Below, piece after piece: positions 56,602 to 64,000 of a DNA stretch of 64,000 nucleotides. Positions within the stretch are counted from its first letter, which is position 1, and the number at the start of each line of letters is the position of its first letter. The notes beneath the pieces are model-generated. The model was not told where the DNA came from. It did not search any database and saw nothing but the letters and a program-made list of their open reading frames with translations. Origin of the DNA: Candidatus Faecicola pullistercoris (lineage in GTDB: Bacteria; Bacillota; Clostridia; Christensenellales; CAG-917); assembly GCA_018714105.1 (NCBI GenBank), contig DVNW01000003.1, positions 18,265 through 82,264 on the forward strand, read 5' to 3'. Both the position numbers and the translations under genes were made by a program.

Positions 56602-58287
56602 ATGAAAGAATATTCCGTGTCTTTTAAAAATCCCCGCGAAACGGAAAAAACGCTGGATTATATCAATTCTCTTTGCGCGGACGGCCTTTGCGCCTTACCG
56701 GCGGAAGAAAAAGAGAAAGAACTGACGTTCAGGGCGGAAAACTCGCTGAGCGAACTGCTTTCGGCGTGCGAAACCGTAAGGGACACTAAGGTTTTCACGG
56801 TTGCGGCGGAAGACCTTGCCGACAGACTGAAAAAGCTTTACGCCAGAATTATGACGGGCAGATATTTTACCGTGCTCAACGACGCGGACCCCGCCAGGAT
56901 ACTGCTGTCGGAAGGCAGATGCTTTTTTACCGATTTCTCTCAAGCGGGCGAGGGCGAGCCTGCAACGGACGCGGCTTCGTTTACGGCGCACGTGCTTATC
57001 TCGGGCAAGCCTTTTACGCCTTTCAAAATGCGGCTTGCGGAAGAACTCATATCCGTTTTCACGAAAAAGCTCAATCTGAGCAGAGGCGAAATCCTGCGCA
57101 AACTGTATGAACGCCTGAAAAAACTTGCCGCAAAAACGGGCGTCATGGCAGACTGTCTGAAAACGGTAAACGCCTTTGTGAAAAAAATAGTGATATGTCC
57201 CGACAGTTTCAAAGGAACGCTGACGTCCGGGCAGGTGTGCGCGGCCGTGGAAACGGCTTTTGCAAAAGAGTTTCCGAATGCGGTTATCGAAAGTATAACG
57301 GCGGCCGACGGCGGAGAAGGAACGCTCGAATGCTATATGGCGGCGGCGGGCGGAAAATACCGGACCTTTACCGTAACTGACGCGGACGGCAGAAAAATAA
57401 ACGCCGAGTATCTGCGCGACGAAAACAATAATTTGTCGGTAATAGAGTCCGCCAAGGTCATAGGCCTGCCGATGACGGAAATCAGAAACCCGATGTATAC
57501 CTCGACTTACGGGCTGGGGCAGCTTATCCGAAGCAGGCTGGAGCAGGGCGACAGAGTGGCGCTGGCTCTGGGAGGCAGTTCCACTACGGACGGCGGCGCG
57601 GGGATACTCAGTGCGCTGGGAGCCGTGTTTTACGGAAAAAACGGCCGATTCGTACCCACGGGCGGCACGCTTAAAGATATAGAACAAGCGGACTTTTCAA
57701 ACCTTATAAAGGGCGAAACTATTTGCGTGTGCGACGTCGAAAACCCGTTTTGCGGGCCCGACGGAGCGGCCTTCGTGTACGCGCCCCAGAAAGGAGCGTC
57801 TCCCGAGGAAGTCATTCTTCTTGACCAAGGATTAAGGCATTTTGCCGATATTCTCTGCCGGGCCACGGGACGCGATCCCACGGCCGAAAAAGGGGCGGGA
57901 GCCGCCGGAGGGATAAGCGGAGGGCTCTGGGCGGCCGCGGGTGCTCCGATACGGCCGGGGGCGGAGTTTTTACTTGAAGCCGCCGGGTTTTCGAATAAAA
58001 TCGCCGACGCCGATTTCGTTATCACGGGGGAAGGCAAGCTCGACAGAACGTCTTTTTCGGGCAAGCTTGTCGGGTTTGTCGTAAAAGAGGCCGCGGCAAG
58101 AAAAGTACCCGTTACCGCCATAAGCGGAGTGATTGACGACGAACTGAACAATTACGCCGAATACGGGCTTAAACACGCTTTTTATACAGCTAAACCGCTG
58201 CTTTCGTTTGAAGAGCTGAAAAAGACGGCTTATGAAGACCTTGTTTTTGAAGCGGCAAGAATTGCAAAAGAGGAACGGCTTTTCTGA
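56602..58287 (+). CDS. Glycerate kinase (GlxK family) fused to an N-terminal kinase-like domain
   Basis: From ~aa 195: PDSFKG, ADGGEG, LGGSSTTDGG, CDVENP, GAGAAGG, TGEG. Confidence 0.85.
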   Translation: MKEYSVSFKNPRETEKTLDYINSLCADGLCALPAEEKEKELTFRAENSLSELLSACETVRDTKVFTVAAEDLADRLKKLYARIMTGRYFTVLNDADPARILLSEGRCFFTDFSQAGEGEPATDAASFTAHVLISGKPFTPFKMRLAEELISVFTKKLNLSRGEILRKLYERLKKLAAKTGVMADCLKTVNAFVKKIVICPDSFKGTLTSGQVCAAVETAFAKEFPNAVIESITAADGGEGTLECYMAAAGGKYRTFTVTDADGRKINAEYLRDENNNLSVIESAKVIGLPMTEIRNPMYTSTYGLGQLIRSRLEQGDRVALALGGSSTTDGGAGILSALGAVFYGKNGRFVPTGGTLKDIEQADFSNLIKGETICVCDVENPFCGPDGAAFVYAPQKGASPEEVILLDQGLRHFADILCRATGRDPTAEKGAGAAGGISGGLWAAAGAPIRPGAEFLLEAAGFSNKIADADFVITGEGKLDRTSFSGKLVGFVVKEAAARKVPVTAISGVIDDELNNYAEYGLKHAFYTAKPLLSFEELKKTAYEDLVFEAARIAKEERLF

Positions 58288-58424
58288 TAACCACGTCCGA
58301 AAACGCAGGTTGACACATAATAAAACAAGCACCGCGAAGGGGCTTGTTTTCTGTTTGCAGGCAAACGGGTTTTGCCGGATAAGAATTTTCGTTCCGGGTA
58401 TTTCCGGTAAACTATAACATTTTG

Positions 58425-59408
58425 CTATTTTCTTCTTATGCCTAATTCGTCGGCAACTTCCAACAGACGGTCTACGTCGGCTTGTTCCTGCCTGCCGTGG
58501 ATATTCGGCGCAACGTTAACCACAAGGGTATTGCCTTGGCTTGTCAGCAATCTGTATTTTTCCGCTATAAAGTCTTTGCTTACAAGTTTGTCCGAAGTGT
58601 AGCCAGGGTCCCAGAACCAGTTAGTCATATTGCGGATACATATCGTGGCTTCGAAAGGCAGGTAGTACCTTTTGCCCCTGTACGTATATAATTTGGGATC
58701 GTTTTTTGCGGTAAAATGAGGATCCAGCAATCTGAAATCACTGGGGAAATATCTTATGGGCATACCTTCTTTGTAATTTTCGGGGAAAAATTTTTTTAAC
58801 GTTGTTTTGGTCCACGGGTAGCCTATCGTAACGTTTACAGCCGTGGCGCAGTCCGGCTGCAGCGTGTGCACAAGGTCGTATATTTTAGGGACGTTCCATT
58901 TGCGCGGACGTTTATCCCAGCCGCCGTCAAGCCATAATTCAGCAATCTCACCGTATCTGCCGTCCAGTAGCTCCGTAAGCTGAGCGCACATATATTCGAC
59001 GTAACGCGTATCGTCCTTGTAACATTTTTCGTGCCTGTCCCACAGGGAATAGTACAACCCGAGCTTTATGCCGTATTTTTTACAGGCTGTCGCCACGGCG
59101 GCAACCACGTCGGTTTTGTTCGGAGAATTGTTTACGCAATAACTTGTCGTCGTTGTATCCCACAGGCAGAAGCCGTCGTGGTGTTTGGTGATGAGGATGA
59201 CGTAATTCATTCCTGCGTTATATGCGTTTTTAATCCAACCGTCTGCGTCTATGCCGGAGGGATTGTAACTTCTGACGGGCAGTTTGCCGTCGGACCATTC
59301 CGTGTCGTTGAAGGTGTTTATGCCGAAGTGGATAAACATTCCGTATTTACGGTTTATCTGAGCTTGTTGGCAGGCGTTGGGCGCGTCGGACGGGGCCAGC
59401 GTTATCAT
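58425..59408 (-). CDS. GH29 alpha-L-fucosidase (catalytic domain only, no signal peptide)
   Basis: GMFIHFG, KHHDGFCLW, GLYYSLWD, YGEIAELWLDG. Confidence 0.85.
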   Translation of the reverse strand: MITLAPSDAPNACQQAQINRKYGMFIHFGINTFNDTEWSDGKLPVRSYNPSGIDADGWIKNAYNAGMNYVILITKHHDGFCLWDTTTTSYCVNNSPNKTDVVAAVATACKKYGIKLGLYYSLWDRHEKCYKDDTRYVEYMCAQLTELLDGRYGEIAELWLDGGWDKRPRKWNVPKIYDLVHTLQPDCATAVNVTIGYPWTKTTLKKFFPENYKEGMPIRYFPSDFRLLDPHFTAKNDPKLYTYRGKRYYLPFEATICIRNMTNWFWDPGYTSDKLVSKDFIAEKYRLLTSQGNTLVVNVAPNIHGRQEQADVDRLLEVADELGIRRK

Positions 59409-59737
59409 AATAATCTTCTTTCCGTATAATTTATTTGCAGAACTTCCGCAATGTAATTGTAAGCCATACGAGAACGCCTGTCAACGGTTAATTATGATGC
59501 GCGTGCGGCAAACCGAATAAAGCCCCGTAAGGACTATGAAAATTAAAATCCGGCAAGCTGCGGCCCTGAGTACTGAACGCGGTGTTTGTCGAAAAAAGGG
59601 AAGCGAGGTATTTGGCCCGGGTCGGGCGCAGGGCCCTTTTGAAGTCGTTTTGCTTGCCTTGCGGTATTTTATATGATATAATAGCCAAAAATTATTATAT
59701 GCGGGCGTGCGTCTGCACGCGCTGCGGGAGAACGCGA

Positions 59738-60934
59738 ATGATACCCTTTTCGCCGCCCGACATAACTCAGGCGGAAATAGACGAAGTCGTGGATACTTTA
59801 AAGTCCGGATGGATTACCACCGGACCCAAGACAAAAGAATTTGAAAGACGTATTGCGGCCTGCTGCGGTACGTCCAAAGCCGTTTGCCTCAATTCGGCCA
59901 CCGCAGGGCTGGAACTGATACTGCGTATACTGGGCGTGGGCCCCGGGGACGAGGTTATCACTTCGGCATATACCTATACCGCAAGCGCAAGCGTCATAAA
60001 CCATGTGGGCGCGGACATAGTGCTTCTCGATACGGCGGGCGACGGTTACGAAATTGACTACGGCGCCCTCGAAAGGGCGATATCGCCCAAAACCAAAGCC
60101 GTTATACTTGTGGACATAGCGGGCAAGATATGCGATTACGGCAGGGCATTCGATATTATAGAAAGCAAAAAAGGTCTGTTTAAAGGCCGTACGCCTTTGC
60201 AGAAGGCTTTCGGAAGGCCTGTGCTGATTGCGGACGCGGCGCACAGTTTCGGCGCGGTCAAAGACGGGATAAAAAGCGGCGCTCACGCCGATTTTTCCTC
60301 GTTCAGTTTTCACGCAGTCAAAAACCTTACCACGGCCGAAGGCGGCGCGGTGGTATGGAAAAGCCGCCCGTTTCCGGACGACGAGGAAATCTACCGCTTG
60401 TTCATGCTGTGGTCTTTGCACGGCCAAAGCAAGGACGCGCTTTCCAAAAACAAAGCGGGAGCGTGGGAATACGACATCAGACTCTGCGGTCAGAAGTGCA
60501 ATATGACGGATATTATGGCCGCGATAGGACTTGCCCAGCTTAAAAGATATCCCGACCTGCTGGCGCGGCGCAGACAGATTATCGCCAAATACGACGAGGT
60601 TATAGGCGATCTTGCCGTGCCGGTAAAACATTTCGGGGAGAACTTCGCTTCAAGCGGGCACCTTTACCTTGCAAGGGTTAAGGGCATAGGAGAGGAACAG
60701 CGCAACCGTATTATCGGGCTCATGGCAGAAAAGGAAATCGCCGTAAACGTGCATTACAAACCGCTGCCCATGATGACGGCGTATAAGAATCTCGGTTTCG
60801 ATATCAAAAATTATCCCGACGCTTATTCGAAATACGCGTGCGAGATTACGTTGCCGCTGCACACTCTGCTTTCCGACGGGGACGCGGAGTTCGTAGCCGA
60901 ATCCTTCGCGGAATGCGTAAAAAAGGTGAAATAA
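59738..60934 (+). CDS. DegT/DnrJ/EryC1/StrS sugar aminotransferase
   Basis: FSPPDI, SGWITTGPK, NSATA, DAAHS, SFHAVKNLTTAEGG; start moved to ATG 59738 after GGAG. Confidence 0.92.
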   Translation: MIPFSPPDITQAEIDEVVDTLKSGWITTGPKTKEFERRIAACCGTSKAVCLNSATAGLELILRILGVGPGDEVITSAYTYTASASVINHVGADIVLLDTAGDGYEIDYGALERAISPKTKAVILVDIAGKICDYGRAFDIIESKKGLFKGRTPLQKAFGRPVLIADAAHSFGAVKDGIKSGAHADFSSFSFHAVKNLTTAEGGAVVWKSRPFPDDEEIYRLFMLWSLHGQSKDALSKNKAGAWEYDIRLCGQKCNMTDIMAAIGLAQLKRYPDLLARRRQIIAKYDEVIGDLAVPVKHFGENFASSGHLYLARVKGIGEEQRNRIIGLMAEKEIAVNVHYKPLPMMTAYKNLGFDIKNYPDAYSKYACEITLPLHTLLSDGDAEFVAESFAECVKKVK

Positions 60935-60935
60935 A

Positions 60936-61607
60936 ATGACGGAAAACGAAAATGCGGGCGTCGTCGATTTCGACGCTCTTATGAAAAAGAAAAAAGCGGC
61001 GCTCTTTTTTAAAAGGTGTTTCGATGTAACGGCGTCTTTTTTCGGGATACTGTTTCTGCTTATTCCTTTTGCCGCGGTGGCGGTTGCGGTTAAATGTTCT
61101 TCGCGCGGGCCCGTCTTTTTCCGGCAGATCAGAGTAGGTAAAAACGGCAGGGAATTCAGAATTTACAAATTCCGCACCATGGTGGCCGACGCCGAGAAAA
61201 AGGGCATGCAGATTACCGTAGGGGGCGATTCGCGCGTTACGGGGATAGGCAGAGTTTTAAGAAAAACCAAAGTGGACGAGCTGCCGCAGCTGTTTAACGT
61301 GTTTGCGGGGCAGATGAGTTTCGTAGGGCCCAGGCCCGAAGTGCCGCACTATGTGGATATGTATTCCGATTATCAGAAGAACGTGCTCAGAATAAAGCCC
61401 GGTATTACCGAGCTGGCCTCCATAGTTTACCGCGACGAAAACGACGTTCTCGCCAAGAGCGAGGACCCTGAGCGCACCTATATCGAGGAAATTATGCCCG
61501 AAAAAATAAAGCTGAATATGCAGTATATGCAAAAAATGAACGTGTTTTACGATATATATCTGATTTTCAGGACCTTCGCGGCAGTACTGAAACGAGGTGA
61601 AAAATGA
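60936..61607 (+). CDS. Priming phosphoglycosyl (sugar) transferase
   Basis: KRCFD, KFRTM, DELPQL.NV..G.MSFVGPRPE, KPGIT. Confidence 0.92.
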   Translation: MTENENAGVVDFDALMKKKKAALFFKRCFDVTASFFGILFLLIPFAAVAVAVKCSSRGPVFFRQIRVGKNGREFRIYKFRTMVADAEKKGMQITVGGDSRVTGIGRVLRKTKVDELPQLFNVFAGQMSFVGPRPEVPHYVDMYSDYQKNVLRIKPGITELASIVYRDENDVLAKSEDPERTYIEEIMPEKIKLNMQYMQKMNVFYDIYLIFRTFAAVLKRGEK

Positions 61608-62653
61608 CTGCTTCCGAAAACATCAGGGTATCGCTGTGCGTGATAGCGTTTAACGAGCAGGAGAATATAGGCGACCTGTTCGCGGATATAACAAAGCAGA
61701 CATACGATCACGCCAAAACCGAGATCGTGCTTGTGGACAGCGGCTCTGAGGACGACACTCGTAAAATGATGTCGGAATTTAAACGCGACAGCGATTTCGC
61801 GTCGGTGAAGATACTTGACAATCCTCTTAAAATACAGGCGGGCGGCTGGAACACGGCAATTACTAACGCGTCGGGCGAACTTATTATCCGAGTAGACGCG
61901 CATGCACGTATACCCGAGGATTTCGTTCAGGAAAACGTTAACTGCATAGACAGCGGCGAGGACGTATGCGGAGGGCGCAGGATAAACGTCATAAAGGGCG
62001 ATTCGGTCGGGAAAAAAATACTGCTTATGGCCGAAAACTCAATGTTCGGAAGCGGGGTGGCCACTTACAGAAACTCGGACAAGAAACAGTACGTGAAGAC
62101 GGTCGCGCACGCTTGCTATAAGCAAGAAGTGTTCCGCAAGTGCGGTTTGTTCAACACAGGGCTTTTGAGATCGGAAGACAACGAAATGCACTACCGTATC
62201 AGGAAAAACGGGTATAAAATATGCATGTCCGATAAAATTCATTCCCGATATCTCACCCGTGCTTCTCTGAAAGGAATGCTGAAACAGAAGTGGGGTAACG
62301 GCAAATGGATAGGAATAACCGCCGTCAGAAAAACGCCGTCGGTATTTTCGCTTTATCATTATGTGCCCGCCGTGTTTGCGGTTGCGGCATTCGTATGCTT
62401 TGCGCTGTTCTGCGCGTCGTTTGCGCCCGATATTCCTGCCTGGACGAGGGTGCCTTTCGTGGCGGGCGTCGCTCTTTACCTGATTGCCGACCTTGTTCTT
62501 ACCGTTAAAAGCTGTAAGGATTATAAGGAGCCCAGAGGACTTTTCGCGCTGCCGCTGCTGTTTCCGTTGCTGCATTTCGCGTACGGTCTGGGCACGGTTT
62601 ACGGCATAATGATTTCGCCCTTTGTAAAAACAGACGGAGACAATAAAAAATGA
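61604..62653 (+). CDS. GT2 glycosyltransferase (ExoA-like) with C-terminal TMs
   Basis: FNEQ, VDSGS.D, RVDAH, RSEDNE. Confidence 0.88.
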   Translation: MTASENIRVSLCVIAFNEQENIGDLFADITKQTYDHAKTEIVLVDSGSEDDTRKMMSEFKRDSDFASVKILDNPLKIQAGGWNTAITNASGELIIRVDAHARIPEDFVQENVNCIDSGEDVCGGRRINVIKGDSVGKKILLMAENSMFGSGVATYRNSDKKQYVKTVAHACYKQEVFRKCGLFNTGLLRSEDNEMHYRIRKNGYKICMSDKIHSRYLTRASLKGMLKQKWGNGKWIGITAVRKTPSVFSLYHYVPAVFAVAAFVCFALFCASFAPDIPAWTRVPFVAGVALYLIADLVLTVKSCKDYKEPRGLFALPLLFPLLHFAYGLGTVYGIMISPFVKTDGDNKK

Positions 62654-63606
62654 AAGTATCGGTAATAGTTCCCGTTTATAACACTTCGCGGTATCTCGAG
62701 CAATGCGTCGGGAGTATAATTGCGCAAACTTATAAGGATTTGGAAATTATACTCGTTGACGACGGAAGTACGGACAACAGCGGCGAGATTTGCGACGAGC
62801 TTGCAAAAAAAGACGGAAGAATAGTGTGCTTTCATAAAAAAAACGGCGGTCTCGGCAGCGCCAGAAATTACGGGCTCGAACGCGCTACGGGCGAGTACAT
62901 ATCGTTTATCGACTCGGACGACCTTGCAGATAAGGACATGATAAGCGTTTTGGTTTCGGATATAGAAAGATTCGGGGCGGACATGGCGGGATCGGAATAT
63001 CTGGAATTCTGCGACAGTCTTCCTTCCGTTACCGAAAAGGTCAGGGCAAAATGCGTGGATACCGACGTCGAGGGATATTTTTTGCATAAGAACAGGCTTT
63101 ATTGCGTCGTGAGATATCTTTACCGTCGCGACGTACTGGGAGGTCTGCGATTTGACGAGAGAATCAGACTCGGAGAGGACCAGGATTTTATATTCAGGTA
63201 TGTCAAAGGTGTCCGTAAAGCTTCGTTCAGCACTTATAACGGGTATTTTTACAGACAGAATCCTTTGTCGTTATCTTCGGGAAAACTTAAAGAAAATCAC
63301 GTATCCGACCTTAACTGCCGTCTGAAAATTTACGCTGACGCTTCAAAAAAGAACAAAAAGGCCGCGTATGCTCACTACCTCAAAGGCGTACTGGCATTCT
63401 GGTGCAAAGGCATTGTTTACGGCACGGATTGTCAGACCGATTACGTAGGCATATATGCCGATAAACTTAACGAAAACAAATGGAAAATATTGTTTTCGAG
63501 GCATATCGGGGTGCGATACAAAGCGGTTGCTCTGACTTTGTTTGCGGGTAAAAGGCTTGCCCGGAAAATCGTTAAAAAATATTTGGGTAAAATATGGAAA
63601 AAATAA
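62650..63606 (+). CDS. GT2 glycosyltransferase
   Basis: VSVIVPVYN, VDDGSTD, NGGLGSARN, FIDSDD, GED. Confidence 0.92.
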   Translation: MKVSVIVPVYNTSRYLEQCVGSIIAQTYKDLEIILVDDGSTDNSGEICDELAKKDGRIVCFHKKNGGLGSARNYGLERATGEYISFIDSDDLADKDMISVLVSDIERFGADMAGSEYLEFCDSLPSVTEKVRAKCVDTDVEGYFLHKNRLYCVVRYLYRRDVLGGLRFDERIRLGEDQDFIFRYVKGVRKASFSTYNGYFYRQNPLSLSSGKLKENHVSDLNCRLKIYADASKKNKKAAYAHYLKGVLAFWCKGIVYGTDCQTDYVGIYADKLNENKWKILFSRHIGVRYKAVALTLFAGKRLARKIVKKYLGKIWKK

Positions 63607-64000
63607 AAATTCTTATAAGCGGCATAGGACGCTATCGCGGAGGAATAGGCAGCGTTGTTTACAACGTTATTTGCAATATGGACAAAACGAAGTTCGAACC
63701 CGTGATTCTGCTTACGTACGACAGCGTAACGGAAAAAGACTTTGCCGCGCTGGGCGTCGAAATTAAAAAGATCACTCCGTTCGGCCAGAGGGTGAAGCTT
63801 TATAAAAAAGAGCTGGAAAAGGTATTTGAGGAAGGCCGCTACGATTACGTCTGGATAAACAACACCAGCAAGGTGGACGTGATTATTTTCAGGCTTGCAA
63901 AGAAATACGGCGTAAAAACGATAGCGCATTCGCACGGAGAGTGCGTTGAAGGCGGTTTAGCGAAAAAGCTTTTATACAAAAGCATAGAATTTTTCACGGC
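63594..64000 (+). CDS. GT4-like glycosyltransferase, 5' part (runs off the window)
   Basis: Hand translation MEKIKILISG...GGIGSVVYN...YDYVWIN...AKKYGVKTIAHSHG, open to the end of the window. Confidence 0.75.
   Translation, partial: MEKIKILISGIGRYRGGIGSVVYNVICNMDKTKFEPVILLTYDSVTEKDFAALGVEIKKITPFGQRVKLYKKELEKVFEEGRYDYVWINNTSKVDVIIFRLAKKYGVKTIAHSHGECVEGGLAKKLLYKSIEFFT

Overview
Chromosomal window from a Clostridia-like Bacillota genome, probably spore-forming (yyaC, ricT, sigmaA promoters, T-box). The left part is a rearranged replication-origin neighbourhood. It holds the recF 3' end converging on rsmG-parB (no parA in the window), pfs-luxS, and a ~3 kb nearly gene-free tract with clustered parS sites and DnaA boxes plus an unannotated 50-aa 4xCxxC protein. 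Next comes rpmH-rnpA-yidD-yidC-jag-mnmE-mnmG, with no adjacent dnaA. The middle holds natAB-like ABC genes, ftsH, yyaC, a 1027-aa repeat protein and T-box-cysE-cysS. The most interesting region (31.8-43.8 kb) is a pair of convergent operons. One encodes an SCP2-like protein, a FumI-like class III aminotransferase, a split transketolase and a second SCP2-like protein. The other encodes TetR, a second class III aminotransferase, an FGGY kinase and two class II aldolases. I infer a possible two-branch catabolic system for sphingoid long-chain bases (2-amino-1,3-diols and 2-amino-1,3,4-triols); this is untested. The right part has greA-lysS, a membrane-anchored sulfatase with its maturase, tmk-holB-ricT, a ferredoxin, a P-type ATPase, a kinase-like/glycerate kinase fusion, a GH29 fucosidase and the start of a polysaccharide biosynthesis locus. 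I saw no rRNA, tRNA, CRISPR array or transposase. All family calls come from motif recognition by eye; no database searches were run.
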